IMG/VR virus record: IMGVR_UViG_3300035190_001334
Coordinates: 64,001 to 128,000 of that record
From: a virus
Direction: 5' to 3' (one strand)
DNA: 64,000 bases
The position numbers and the translations under genes are program-made. Each line of letters opens with the position of its first letter. The first letter of the stretch is position 1. The notes below the pieces were generated by a model. It saw only the letters and a list, made by a program, of their open reading frames with translations, was not told the DNA's origin and searched no databases. Shown here in pieces: positions 37,664 to 48,078 of this stretch.

Positions 37664-38017
37664 ATGAACAAACGTGGGATTATAGCTGAAGGTCTTAATA
37701 GAGGCTACAGCATAGCAAAAAACATCGAACTTGTAGATATTGGTGATTACTGCGATGGTCAATTTTTAGATGAACGTGAAAACGTCAAAATCACATCAGA
37801 CAATTGGCTAGAGTTTCATACTAACTACGCCTATGAATGCGAGTCTAATGACCGTCAATTTTCACCATTTGAGTTCTTGGCTAACGACATCAACGCTACA
37901 GAAGATAATCCAAGGGTTAAATTTGAACCTTGGAGTGTTTTCGATGAAGCAATTTCTCGTGGTATCGCTAAAGCGCTTAAAGAGCGATGGAAGTCTCTAC
38001 AAGTTGACAAAAAGTAG
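37664..38017 (+). CDS. Hypothetical early protein
   Basis: 117 aa ORF with RBS-like element. Confidence 0.7.
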   Translation: MNKRGIIAEGLNRGYSIAKNIELVDIGDYCDGQFLDERENVKITSDNWLEFHTNYAYECESNDRQFSPFEFLANDINATEDNPRVKFEPWSVFDEAISRGIAKALKERWKSLQVDKK

Positions 38018-38108
38018 AGACTAAAACTAATGAAGCTTTAGAAGTGTTAAATCAACTTAAATTTAACTCTACTTGTCTGCTTAGTTCTATAGAACGTGAT
38101 ACAGGCTA

Positions 38109-38172
38109 TTGACTTTTTTCCTAACTGCCTGTAAGCTTTATGTTTATTGGCAGTCAAGAGCAAAGTAGTTAA
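38109..38172 (+). other. CUA/CAA internal-loop hairpin B
   Basis: ttc-cta-actgcc...ggcagt-caa-gag. Confidence 0.6.
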
Positions 38173-38228
38173 CACTTATAGCGCTCTTTTCGCTAACGCT
38201 TAAACTAGAACAACTAGGAATTAATACA

Positions 38229-38750
38229 ATGAAACCTACAACAGAAAATATCATCACTCGCAACACTGAAACCGATGAAGTGATTGGCATCTATGAAGTG
38301 ATTATCTCGCACATGAGAAATCCTGATACCTCCAGAGATGAAAAATCTAAAAACTTTCCAGATGATAGTGACGCTTGGCTTGTAGTCATTAATGGTCAAA
38401 GGTTTGACTACTATACAGGTGTAGGTCATCGCCATATCGATAAAATGACTGTATTTGGTACTAAATGGGATTACGACTACATTAAAAAGAATCGTCATAG
38501 ACTGTATACGGATGTGTTGGTGCAAGTGTCAAAACCCGTAACGCCTAAATTTGACAGCATTTTGGCTTGTCTAGTAGAAGATGCTGTAGGTAGCGCCCAA
38601 ACCTTTGATGATTGGTGTTATTGCTACGGTTATGATACTGATAGCCGTAAAGCTTTAGATATATACATGACTTGTCAAGAGACAGCTAAAAAGTTGAGAC
38701 TCGCTAGAGTGCCAGTAGATGCAGAAGCAAAACGCCTAGAAGATTACTAA
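38229..38750 (+). CDS. Hypothetical phage protein
   Basis: TFDDWC..YGYDTDSRKA..IY motif; RBS aggaa. Confidence 0.75.
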   Translation: MKPTTENIITRNTETDEVIGIYEVIISHMRNPDTSRDEKSKNFPDDSDAWLVVINGQRFDYYTGVGHRHIDKMTVFGTKWDYDYIKKNRHRLYTDVLVQVSKPVTPKFDSILACLVEDAVGSAQTFDDWCYCYGYDTDSRKALDIYMTCQETAKKLRLARVPVDAEAKRLEDY

Positions 38751-38751
38751 A

Positions 38752-38799
38752 TAGAGTTTTCCTAGCAGTATCCGCTTGGGTATTGCTAAGAGCGCTCTA
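38752..38799 (+). other. CUA/UAA internal-loop hairpin C
   Basis: ttc-cta-gcagtatcc-gctt-gggtattgc-taa-gag. Confidence 0.6.
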
Positions 38800-38850
38800 A
38801 GTGTCTCTTTTCAATTAATCACTTACTGTAAAAACAGGAATTAAAATCTC

Positions 38851-39813
38851 ATGGCAAGAATCAAACGTGTTTTTCAAAATGCTAAGGAATGCATTCATGC
38901 ATGGGCGCAACAGTCCCAAGATGAGGGACGCTCTAGTAATGTATCATTCAGAGCATCTAGCACTGCCCTAGAAGTTGGTGATGTGCTTTACAGCTACGAT
39001 ACTGCTATAGCTGCATTTCGTGAAACCCCTAACGGTGCAAAAGTCGTATTTCTTGACTATTGCTCCCACTCATCTTGCACATCAAAGCATCAAATGGCTA
39101 TACGTCACAGCATTACACAACCTATCTACACTTATGACGATATCCCTCACTGGGTTAGAGATGATGTGAGATACCTTAGCGGTAGACGTGGCTCTAGGCG
39201 TGACAATGCGCCCCACACTGTCAAACCTGAATCTATTTGGCAACAATACAAAGATATCTTTGATGCTCTTGTTGCTACAGTTGGACAAAAGCGCTTTGCA
39301 CGTACATCTTGCGAACGCTTAAACATGGCTAGAGAGTATGAAGCTGAAGCCAATCGCATCAAGCGTTGTTTCAATCTTGATAATTTCCCTGACTTAGAGC
39401 TAGTCATTACTCCTCAAATGCAGGAGTATGTAGAGCTTGCAGAACAAGCTAAAGCAGCAAAAGAAAAACGTGAGAAGGAAAGAATTCAGCGTGACATTGA
39501 ACGTACTGCAATCGACCGTGAAAAATGGCTTACAGGACATTGCAATCGTTACCCTCACAGCTACTCTTTGCCAATTGTTCTACGCCTATCCCCTAGCGAC
39601 TCTGAGCGTGTTGAAACCTCTAGAGGTGCATTTGTACCTGTCAAGGTGTGCGAACGTCTCTATCGTGCATTTAAAGCCCGTCAAATGCCTGATGATGTAC
39701 GAGTTGGTAACTACACTTTGAATGAAGTATCTGAAAACGGCATAACTATCGGTTGCCATAAAATCAGCACTGATGAGCTTGAGAGATTTGCTAAAGTAAT
39801 CGGTCTAGCTTAA
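38851..39813 (+). CDS. Hypothetical phage protein
   Basis: 320 aa; TSKHQ, ETSRGA.VP, IGCHKI motifs; RBS aggaa. Confidence 0.8.
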   Translation: MARIKRVFQNAKECIHAWAQQSQDEGRSSNVSFRASSTALEVGDVLYSYDTAIAAFRETPNGAKVVFLDYCSHSSCTSKHQMAIRHSITQPIYTYDDIPHWVRDDVRYLSGRRGSRRDNAPHTVKPESIWQQYKDIFDALVATVGQKRFARTSCERLNMAREYEAEANRIKRCFNLDNFPDLELVITPQMQEYVELAEQAKAAKEKREKERIQRDIERTAIDREKWLTGHCNRYPHSYSLPIVLRLSPSDSERVETSRGAFVPVKVCERLYRAFKARQMPDDVRVGNYTLNEVSENGITIGCHKISTDELERFAKVIGLA

Positions 39814-39888
39814 CTGTCGAAACCTCACTCGCGACCGTAGGGAGTGAGGTCTTGTCTAGCTGACTACTAGGCAACTGATGAGACAAGT
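39813..39888 (+). ncRNA. Type II hammerhead ribozyme
   Basis: UGUC-GAAA-CCUCACUC/GAGUGAGG-UC-UUGUCUAG/CUAGGCAA-CUGAUGA-GACA: full catalytic core and three stems; predicted cleavage after C39851. Confidence 0.9.
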
Positions 39889-39917
39889 CAATTACAAACT
39901 ACAAAGGAGTAGGAATA

Positions 39918-40301
39918 ATGTCTATAACTGTAAGACTTTGGACTGATGCAGACTTAGAACGTCTTGCGACCGATGATAACCTCTTGACTATATTCTTTAA
40001 CGTCAAGACTTACTCACAGAAAGAAATCAAGCGCTTACATCAATTGACTGAAAAGCGCAAAACCTATTTCATCTTTTTCACTCCTTTAAATGAAGTAGAT
40101 AGACAGCAAGAACTCTCAGAGAAACAAATTAATCTAGATTTGTTTGTGCAGCACGAAGAGAGTGATGACTATGAAGACTGCATCAAAGTCTATGCTGTAT
40201 CTGATGAGAGCTTGCGATGGTTTCTCAAGCAAGAGTACCACTACTCAATGATTGATTCTATTATCGAAGTTGTTTCCACTACAAGAGAAGTATCACTATG
40301 A
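39918..40301 (+). CDS. Hypothetical early protein
   Basis: RBS aaggag/agga; directly downstream of the hammerhead. Confidence 0.75.
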   Translation: MSITVRLWTDADLERLATDDNLLTIFFNVKTYSQKEIKRLHQLTEKRKTYFIFFTPLNEVDRQQELSEKQINLDLFVQHEESDDYEDCIKVYAVSDESLRWFLKQEYHYSMIDSIIEVVSTTREVSL

Positions 40302-40621
40302 ATAATTCAGGTCTTGAATTACGATTGAGCGAGAAAAATAGTTACCTTATCCTAGATGGCTCTGCTATCCCCTCTACCCTTGCAGAACATGAGATTGCAT
40401 GGTTGAATGGATTCTCACACGATACAGCACTTATAGAACTTCTAGAGCATTGCCTGTGCAATGGTTGGCAAGTAGTGGCTGTAGCTTGTTTTGGTGGTAT
40501 GGTTTTAGAGAGTCCTGACGGTGTTCTCTATGCTGATGTGAAGCATCAAACTCACAATGCAGTCTCTCAACTGCTAGAGGGTAAAAACTACTACTTCCAT
40601 AGGACAGAAAGAGATGAATAA
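40298..40621 (+). CDS. Hypothetical protein
   Basis: ATGA overlap with previous gene. Confidence 0.7.
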   Translation: MNNSGLELRLSEKNSYLILDGSAIPSTLAEHEIAWLNGFSHDTALIELLEHCLCNGWQVVAVACFGGMVLESPDGVLYADVKHQTHNAVSQLLEGKNYYFHRTERDE

Positions 40622-40796
40622 AACCAAACTAAAATCTTTTGTTGCAGACAAGCACATCCGCAAAATTCTAAGTAAGAGTAAAATGCAAAAACCGCTTACC
40701 GATGAGATTGCACAACTATTAACAAATCTTGAGCAGCATTCTACAAATATGCGTAGTTAACATAACTACGACAGTCCAGATTTAAGTGAACGCAGT

Positions 40797-41027
40797 ATGT
40801 TACATCTTGCAGAATCTTATTTTCTGCAAATCTGCGACAAAGTAGTTATCGAACTATACGCTAAAGAGGTTTCTAGACCTATTATTGATGTTCTACTAAA
40901 AGTCAACATGAAAAGAGACAGCTTCGAGCTATTTAAAGAGCTTTTCAACAAAGACTACATCGTGAGAGAGGTTATCTACTTTTTTAGAAATCAGACACTA
41001 GAATTTGAGACTAAAACTCATGCCTGA
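40797..41027 (+). CDS. Hypothetical protein
   Basis: Collinear ORF. Confidence 0.5.
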   Translation: MLHLAESYFLQICDKVVIELYAKEVSRPIIDVLLKVNMKRDSFELFKELFNKDYIVREVIYFFRNQTLEFETKTHA

Positions 41028-41188
41028 TATACAATTCCACAAAAACGCTGTAGTCTTTAACGGTATTAACTGGCAGCTTGATTTAAGGTTGCTTGATTTT
41101 AGTTGGGTTTGGGACTTTCACAGAAAGAGTAAATCTAGCCTTGAGATTTTTACTCCTCTGTTATCTATTTACTTTTGGAAGGGTTGTG

Positions 41189-41383
41189 ATGATTGAAGGA
41201 GCTATTTTTGGTTTTACATTAGGTTGTGTCATGTCTGGCTTTACTTGTTTCCATCTTGGTTACGAGCAACGCAAATGGGACACACTCGAAATTACAGCAC
41301 AAAAGAATGCCAAGATTGAGGCTTACGAGTCTATACTTGGCACGATGAAAATTAAAAAAGAGATTGGACACAATCATGACTAA
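41189..41383 (+). CDS. Small membrane-anchored protein
   Basis: MIEGAIFGFTLGCVMSGF hydrophobic N-terminus. Confidence 0.5.
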   Translation: MIEGAIFGFTLGCVMSGFTCFHLGYEQRKWDTLEITAQKNAKIEAYESILGTMKIKKEIGHNHD

Positions 41384-41708
41384 AAACTTTATTGTCGCTA
41401 GACTTTACGATAACGATTATGGACAAACGCTAGCTGAAGGATTGCAAGAGGCTATTCTTGATTACGGTTTGGAAAATGCTAGCGAAGCTTTACTAAAAAG
41501 GTTTCTAATCAATTTCACCATAGGCAAGCACCTATGCAAGCATACAAGACTGAATAAGTTGGAGTTGGATATAGATTATATCAAATCAGTTGACAGCTAT
41601 CTAACTGAACAGCTTAGGGTTAGCTTTGAAAAATCTGCCCCAACACTTGACCATGACGGAGGCTCGGCAGTCTTTGACCTGAATCTTTTAAAATCGTGGA
41701 CTTACTAG
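41376..41708 (+). CDS. Hypothetical protein
   Basis: Collinear ORF, start MTKNF. Confidence 0.65.
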   Translation: MTKNFIVARLYDNDYGQTLAEGLQEAILDYGLENASEALLKRFLINFTIGKHLCKHTRLNKLELDIDYIKSVDSYLTEQLRVSFEKSAPTLDHDGGSAVFDLNLLKSWTY

Positions 41709-41737
41709 ATTTACTCCCAAAGGTATACAAAATAACT

Positions 41738-41794
41738 TGACTTTTCCTATCTGTTCGTGAGAAGCTACCCTTAACGAACAGACAAAAGCAGTCA
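41738..41794 (+). other. CUA/CAA internal-loop hairpin D
   Basis: tgact-tttc-cta-tctgttcgt...acgaacaga-caa-aagc-agtca. Confidence 0.55.
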
Positions 41795-42108
41795 CGCTCT
41801 ACAACAAACTTTTACAATCGGAATATTACGCCATGAAAACATATCAATCACCATTTCATGCAACTTTACCAAAAAGTGAAGCAGACAAAGCTTGCATCGA
41901 AGCTGACTACACGATACATAATCGAGACTTGCCACTATCTCGCCCAACATCAAGGCGCAATTCTTGGAGCTTAATTCCAGCCATCAAATATTAGAGCATC
42001 GTATGGGAGGGTATACCCTTAACTACCCTCTCTTTAATTCGCTCACTACGTCAGTTACGCTCATTCTTTCCACTGACGTTAGTTGCCAACTTTCTCAGGA
42101 AAATAACT

Positions 42109-42294
42109 ATGGAAACTGAAATTATCTACAGGTTGCAAGTCTACCGTGACACATACAACGACTTCAAAGACGCTGGTTTTGATGATTGGCTTGATGAAGC
42201 TGATGCAAAAGATTTTTTAGACCATCAACAGAAAGATTATGAGCATGAGTTATGGAGACTCATTAAAATCACAACTACCTATGAACCTATCTAA
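42109..42294 (+). CDS. Hypothetical protein
   Basis: RBS agga; 61 aa. Confidence 0.6.
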   Translation: METEIIYRLQVYRDTYNDFKDAGFDDWLDEADAKDFLDHQQKDYEHELWRLIKITTTYEPI

Positions 42295-42434
42295 ACTCAC
42301 TCACTGCTATCAACTCTCAATCGCTGAGAGAAGCGTCACCAAGACACGCAACCAAGTTAACCTTGTAAAGATAGCCTCACACCTGCAACAAGTCTCAAAT
42401 CGTCAAATCTTGCACTCTATAGGAGAATATCTCA

Positions 42435-42791
42435 ATGACAATAACTAATCGATGGTTTATAGAAAAGAAGTTTTTAGAAGGTGATTGGACAGATTACCCT
42501 TTCAACCCTGAAAGTGGCTATGAAACTAAAGAACAAGCTGAACAGTACACACCCGCACCTCATCATGGTTATGAGTATCGCGTCACTGAACGTCAAATAG
42601 AGTTTCCTGTTAAGCGTAATGTATTTCTCAAAAGTCGCGTTACTGAGTTGATAATAGATGGTCACTTGTACCGCAAAACTGAACTTCCAGATAGTTTTAC
42701 ATGGGAGCAGTTCGATTTCGATAATACATGGACAGAGCCTTACTTTCTCGATGTACCAGAACTTGAACGTGTCTTGACTTCACAGACGTAA
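42435..42791 (+). CDS. Hypothetical protein (W..P.LE domain family)
   Basis: RBS aggag; C-terminal motif shared with genes in 55367-56737. Confidence 0.7.
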   Translation: MTITNRWFIEKKFLEGDWTDYPFNPESGYETKEQAEQYTPAPHHGYEYRVTERQIEFPVKRNVFLKSRVTELIIDGHLYRKTELPDSFTWEQFDFDNTWTEPYFLDVPELERVLTSQT

Positions 42792-42861
42792 AAGAAAAGA
42801 AGCCGTCCTTGCCCCTAGCAAGGCGTGGCGGTACACTAACCCGCCGCTTGAGGTAAGAATA

Positions 42862-43107
42862 ATGACTAATTCGTTTACCCTTTGGGAAACTATCCGAAAT
42901 CGTCTTGAATACAAAATCAAGGCAGAAGTAAAAGCGAAAGCTGAATCCCTAATAAATTCTGGCGCTATAAACTTCGATGCTTACCCTGATAACGTTGAAC
43001 TCGCTGATTTATTACTCACTGCTGCTTTGCAAGACATCGTAGCCAAGCGCTTACACATCGCATCTAACAAGACCAGAAAAGAATTGAAAAACTTGAAGCA
43101 TTTCTAA
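42862..43107 (+). CDS. Hypothetical protein
   Basis: RBS gaggt. Confidence 0.65.
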   Translation: MTNSFTLWETIRNRLEYKIKAEVKAKAESLINSGAINFDAYPDNVELADLLLTAALQDIVAKRLHIASNKTRKELKNLKHF

Positions 43108-43367
43108 TGAACCAAACTTTCCGTATCAACAAAAATTGGTACATCGTCAAAGTCGAACCTATCGATATTCGCAGACCTTTTTTGCGAGTCATTGGTGAGT
43201 TCGCACACAAGCCAAACGTAGTGGATTACCCTATCCATTACAACGATGGAAGACAAAATCCAATCGCCTACGATTATCCCGAACGCATTCCCCAATTTGT
43301 CAAAAACAAAGTAGCCGCCTTGTACGAAAAATTTCCAATCTTAAAATGTGAGAAAAATCCCTCATGA
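43107..43367 (+). CDS. Hypothetical protein
   Basis: TAATG overlap; AYDYPERIP motif. Confidence 0.65.
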   Translation: MNQTFRINKNWYIVKVEPIDIRRPFLRVIGEFAHKPNVVDYPIHYNDGRQNPIAYDYPERIPQFVKNKVAALYEKFPILKCEKNPS

Positions 43368-43613
43368 AAGCAATTGTAGTTTCCTATTCCAATCTCACTC
43401 GCAAGTATCGCGCCAAAGCTGAAGGCGTTCCTGCAATTTTTCGCAGTGTCGAACAAGACGGTGGCTACACTGCCCCTAGAATCGCTCAAGAGCTTGCAGA
43501 TAAATATAACTGATGTAAGTTCAACGGTGAAATCAAATATCGCTTAGAGCATGGCTTCTTACCCAATGGCGATGATGTATTCGTGTTTGTCAAAGATGTT
43601 CAACCACTCCTAG

Positions 43614-43997
43614 ATGAAGTTGAGTACATTCTTTCAATTGACTACGACTCCCAAAATCGCAACTTGGAACTTTGCAAAGATACCGTTGACACACTTCGAG
43701 AAACTTACGAAAAATACACCAATGGCTAACAAACACTTACCGAAAAAAGGTAGCGCCGACTTTGGGACTGTTGAACATTATTACTTTGAGATTGAGAGAA
43801 AAATGGAACCAACTATTTTTAATTGTATCGAGTCTGCTATTGTTGCCCGTATCGATGGCGACTGGGATAATCCAGACCTACTAGACTACGGTGATTTGAA
43901 TGTGAGTGAAAAGGCTGATATTGAAAAAATTATATCAACTGCTCCTCTAGAAGAAACAGATAAATATAAATTGAGGGTTAAATATCTTGCAAACTAA
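43614..43997 (+). CDS. Hypothetical protein (start uncertain)
   Basis: Collinear ORF. Confidence 0.55.
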   Translation: MKLSTFFQLTTTPKIATWNFAKIPLTHFEKLTKNTPMANKHLPKKGSADFGTVEHYYFEIERKMEPTIFNCIESAIVARIDGDWDNPDLLDYGDLNVSEKADIEKIISTAPLEETDKYKLRVKYLAN

Positions 43998-44577
43998 AAA
44001 CCTCTCTCGCGAAGCCTTACTCACTTCTTTTCTGCAACGAGCTTGCGACATCTCTTCCAGTGGCTTGCAAATCTGCACTGACGGCTATCTCTATGCTTCT
44101 GGTGAAATGATAGCCGCTTGGCGCGAAGCCGTCTTGTTCATCGATTTTGGCTCTGATAAGGTATGCAATCGTAGAGCAGCTAACGACCTCAAAGAGTTGG
44201 CAGAAAAGGAAGGTGTCGTGTATGCCCCTTACAATACACACTCCTATGTAATCTCACGCGAATTTCAGTTTGCTGAGCGTATGGTGTCATATACCATCTG
44301 GGCTACCCCTAAAGATGTAAATCCAAAAAATATCTTTGCCCAATCGAAAAAAGTGCTTGACAAAGCTATAGAAAAAAATATAAGCTATGAAAGCATTCAC
44401 GCATTGATTGATTCAACACAACACATTGCATCGTTATTCAGTTTTGAGTTTGATGCAACACAGTACGAAACACAACGAAAACAACAAGAGCAACTAGAAC
44501 GCACTAAAAAACAAAAAGCTGCTCAGTATCATTTCCAAGAATATCAACGCATCACACAGGAGCTAGAGGCATCATGA
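43987..44577 (+). CDS. Hypothetical protein
   Basis: 196 aa, TTG start after gaggg. Confidence 0.65.
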   Translation: MQTKNLSREALLTSFLQRACDISSSGLQICTDGYLYASGEMIAAWREAVLFIDFGSDKVCNRRAANDLKELAEKEGVVYAPYNTHSYVISREFQFAERMVSYTIWATPKDVNPKNIFAQSKKVLDKAIEKNISYESIHALIDSTQHIASLFSFEFDATQYETQRKQQEQLERTKKQKAAQYHFQEYQRITQELEAS

Positions 44578-44867
44578 ATAATAAAAAAGCAACATTCTGG
44601 AAGTATCAGGGAAATCACCACGAAGGTAGGAATTGTGAACGGAAAGACCCTCACAGTTTTGGACTTGCTTTAATTTCATTCATGGAATATATGCACAGGT
44701 CGGGTAATTACCAATATCCTGTAGATGAGTTTGATATTGAGCGTATCAAAATCACCAAACACAAACCCAAAGATGCTTTTGGTCAAGAAATTACAGTCTC
44801 AGCACCTCAAGAAATCTGGGATAAGGCGAAACAGTTTCAAGAAAGTATCGGATACCTGACAAATTAG
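44574..44867 (+). CDS. Hypothetical protein
   Basis: RBS gagg; ATGA overlap. Confidence 0.65.
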   Translation: MNNKKATFWKYQGNHHEGRNCERKDPHSFGLALISFMEYMHRSGNYQYPVDEFDIERIKITKHKPKDAFGQEITVSAPQEIWDKAKQFQESIGYLTN

Positions 44868-44915
44868 ATTCTCTCTCGCTGGGTAGTCTTGTACTGCCTA
44901 GCCAAAGGTAATCTA
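44865..44915 (+). other. CUC/CAA internal-loop hairpin E
   Basis: tagatt-ctct-ctc-gctgggtag...ctgcctagc-caa-aggt-aatcta. Confidence 0.5.
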
Positions 44916-44952
44916 GCGTTACCTCAACAAACTACATTAAGGAGCAATTCAA

Positions 44953-45240
44953 ATGACTCTCGCTACACTACCTAAAAACCCTCTCACTCTCAAAGATTTC
45001 ACTCTCCACGACCTTTTCTTGCGCCAAAGCCTAGATAATACCTTCGGCAAGCTTGCAACGGGCTACAAGCCGCCTAAACTACAGGGGCGACCCCATGCAG
45101 TCAAAGAGTTCATTCTCTTGCACACAGAAAAAGAGTTGGTTATCCTCTACAGACACTCAGGACGCTTGATTGAAAAAGTGTTCACTGATGTAGATGCTTG
45201 CCTTGAATTTGCAGAAAAGAGATTTGGAGTGACATTGTAA
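44953..45240 (+). CDS. Hypothetical protein
   Basis: RBS aaggag. Confidence 0.7.
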   Translation: MTLATLPKNPLTLKDFTLHDLFLRQSLDNTFGKLATGYKPPKLQGRPHAVKEFILLHTEKELVILYRHSGRLIEKVFTDVDACLEFAEKRFGVTL

Positions 45241-45449
45241 TGATTACTACTTACCAAGAATTAAAGGAAGCTTTTTGCGACTTCAACGATAACAACGATG
45301 GGTTTCCCCCTGTAGACGTTCTACAAAACACTTCAAACTATTCTCTCGTTTATACAGGCGCAGAACCAATCGAACGTAAAGACTTCGAGATTTTGCTTGC
45401 TGAGTTTTGGGACTATATTGACTGGTACTTAGATGAGGAAACACCATGA
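45240..45449 (+). CDS. Hypothetical acidic protein
   Basis: TAATG overlap. Confidence 0.6.
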   Translation: MITTYQELKEAFCDFNDNNDGFPPVDVLQNTSNYSLVYTGAEPIERKDFEILLAEFWDYIDWYLDEETP

Positions 45450-45565
45450 CAATCGAACTTTCAATCTCAGGTGAGGCGGGGACGTTACTGCAAGACCTTT
45501 CCGCCTTATCACAATCAAGAAATCCTTAGCGACTAAATTCTACTACTACAAGAGGTAATCCTGAA

Positions 45566-46060
45566 ATGACCGCTACTACGCAGTTACACCATCGCCAGAC
45601 CGCACCACAACACTTCACCAATTCACGCATCACCTCACAAGTTTGCGCCATACTCAAGAGCGCTCGTAAATCCATAGCGGTCAGCAACCACGCTAAAGAC
45701 AAGTATGAGCGTTACTTGTGGCAACCACGAACAAATTCAGTCACCAAAAATGGCAGAGAGTTCCCAATCAGCCGACTCGACTACACCTCACTAAGATTCA
45801 GCACTTCTTTTTCTGCCCTCCTAGCGTCAGCGCAGGAAACTAACATCTTCGAGATTGTTTTGAATACAGATTATGAGGTAACTAAACTCGCTCTACGGGT
45901 AGATTTACCAACAAGCCCTGATACGGATATCATTCTCGTATTAGCTGGTGAACTGGAAACCGACAGACTTGAATACCAAAGCGTAAGACTGGTCACTTGG
46001 TACTTGAACCACAAAAACGACAATCATTCCACACTACAGAAAGAGAGATACGCATCATGA
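45566..46060 (+). CDS. Hypothetical phage protein
   Basis: SNHAKDK ... VTWYLN.KND.HSTL motif; RBS gaggt. Confidence 0.7.
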   Translation: MTATTQLHHRQTAPQHFTNSRITSQVCAILKSARKSIAVSNHAKDKYERYLWQPRTNSVTKNGREFPISRLDYTSLRFSTSFSALLASAQETNIFEIVLNTDYEVTKLALRVDLPTSPDTDIILVLAGELETDRLEYQSVRLVTWYLNHKNDNHSTLQKERYAS

Positions 46061-46224
46061 TTGTAATCACAGAAGTTTCTAATCCCCAAGACATTCAAAA
46101 ATTTGATTCACTTCGAGAATTGTTGGTCTTCATTAATGCTTATCTCGTTGAAGGTAGTATTGATTACACTGAAGAAGACTACAAAGATGGCTTATCTTTT
46201 CTTGGTTTCGGTTTGGTAGGTTAG
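46057..46224 (+). CDS. Small hypothetical protein
   Basis: ATGA overlap. Confidence 0.5.
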   Translation: MIVITEVSNPQDIQKFDSLRELLVFINAYLVEGSIDYTEEDYKDGLSFLGFGLVG

Positions 46225-46333
46225 CTTGCCTACAACATTTTTGAACCTAGCCCCCAACTCGCTAAGATTGGTGCAACTATTGCATTGCTTGGACTTACAG
46301 GCGCAGCTTTAACTAACATTAACGACTAAACAC

Positions 46334-46705
46334 ATGAAACCAAAAGAAATTCTCGACCGACTCACACCTTCATATCGCACAGTAGAAGCCATTAAGGGCG
46401 GCTTAGTCATCGTTGCAGCTATCGGCGCAGTTGGCGGCTTCATCTACCTTCTTGGCACTGAAGCTCTCAAAGCTCATGACCGAGCCTATAACAACTTGAT
46501 ACAGTTCTCTCTCGCTAATGGGTTGACTGCTGGTACTTGCAACCAGTGGGACACAGATAATGATGGTAGAATCTCTTGCACAGCTACTGACAAACAAGGA
46601 CGCTTCATTCAACTAGAGTGTGGTGCTAACTGGCTCTCAGAGAACACTGCTTCTTGCAATCTTCCCAAACTACGCATTCAATCCACCTCTTCTTCCTCTA
46701 ACTAG
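46334..46705 (+). CDS. Membrane-anchored Cys-rich protein
   Basis: TM GLVIVAAIGAVGGFIYLL; four Cys; DTDNDG. Confidence 0.65.
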   Translation: MKPKEILDRLTPSYRTVEAIKGGLVIVAAIGAVGGFIYLLGTEALKAHDRAYNNLIQFSLANGLTAGTCNQWDTDNDGRISCTATDKQGRFIQLECGANWLSENTASCNLPKLRIQSTSSSSN

Positions 46706-46965
46706 GTACAATCAATGTTTTTCCCTTGGACTGGTTTCTGTTTGACTGTTTGGATTGTATCTGTAACTATTGCAATGATTACACCTCCTAAAGATGATGG
46801 TAAAAAATAATGAAACTTGCTTGCTCATTCGGACTTCCAATTATTGTGGCTTTTGGATTATTTAGCCCTCTCACTAACAACTGGCTCAAAGGACTGACCC
46901 TAGCTGGAACTATCCTTTTCTGCACCGCTACAGCGATAGAAACATTCACTCAGGACGATAACTAA

Positions 46966-48078
46966 ATGACAACTGCAACCGCTACAATCGACAACACACC
47001 AAAATCTCTTCACGTTAGCACGACTGGAGCGTTCGGTCAGCTTGAAACTTCCAAGGTAGTTCCAAAGATTACCCCTGATGATATCATCGCTGACGCTAAA
47101 CTCGAAGAGTGGCAATCTTTCATGTACCCCAACATGAACGAAGACAACACACCTGTAGATGCGCTCAAGTCGAACTACATTCGCCAAGAATTTCTTAAAG
47201 AAGAAGCAGTTGGTATCAACCCTGTATATCTTACGGATGAACATATCGACCATCACGGACGCAACTTCGCCCTCAAAGTTCCTGCTAAATACCGCATCAT
47301 TCAGTATCAAGATGGTTTGCGCTGGCTTGAGAATTACACCGATGAACGCTTGATTGAGATTCAAGATTGGCTCTTACTCGACTCTGGCGCTATTCTTGCA
47401 GTCAACAACTTGATTCCCGATGAAGTACTGACGATTCAAGGTGAAGCAGACAAAATCACTCCTTATATGATTTTCTGCCTTTCTCATGATGGAACCACTC
47501 CTCGCGCAGTTTTCTTCAGTTCGTTCCGAGCGATTTGCAAAAACACTTTGATGATGGCACTTGCGTCAGCCAAAGGCACTGAGAAATTCTTTGGCTTCGA
47601 CCCCAAGCCCAAAGGCAGCCACAAGTCACCGCAAGAATTGATGACAATGGCTAAGCGAAACATCGATTTAGCTAAAACTAAGTTCCACGATGAAACCGCA
47701 CCTCACCTCGAAGCCCTGCGCGACCTACAACTTGATACGAAAGTGGTTGATACTCTCACTCGCGACCTCTTTGCAATTCGCCGCACACAAGAGATTCCTG
47801 CGGTTCTCGATGAGGACGAAAGTTACCCATCTTCGGTCAAGAACTACCACAAGTTCATGGACATCTACAGAAGTTTGTCTGATGTCGATATTTTCGATGC
47901 AAGTCAGCACACTGGATATCGCTTTGCCAATGCTGCGACCTCCTTTGTCAAGACTACGGGCAAGGACTCTGGCTACGACCCATTATCGGGTTTCAAGGGC
48001 AATATGTTTGGTAAAGTGCGTAAGAATGCGTTCGACTATCTAGATGAGCTATTACCTGCTAAGCACATCGGAGCATAG
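46966..48078 (+). CDS. DUF932-family protein
   Basis: Y.IIQY, SHDGT and RAICKNTL motifs. Confidence 0.8.
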   Translation: MTTATATIDNTPKSLHVSTTGAFGQLETSKVVPKITPDDIIADAKLEEWQSFMYPNMNEDNTPVDALKSNYIRQEFLKEEAVGINPVYLTDEHIDHHGRNFALKVPAKYRIIQYQDGLRWLENYTDERLIEIQDWLLLDSGAILAVNNLIPDEVLTIQGEADKITPYMIFCLSHDGTTPRAVFFSSFRAICKNTLMMALASAKGTEKFFGFDPKPKGSHKSPQELMTMAKRNIDLAKTKFHDETAPHLEALRDLQLDTKVVDTLTRDLFAIRRTQEIPAVLDEDESYPSSVKNYHKFMDIYRSLSDVDIFDASQHTGYRFANAATSFVKTTGKDSGYDPLSGFKGNMFGKVRKNAFDYLDELLPAKHIGA

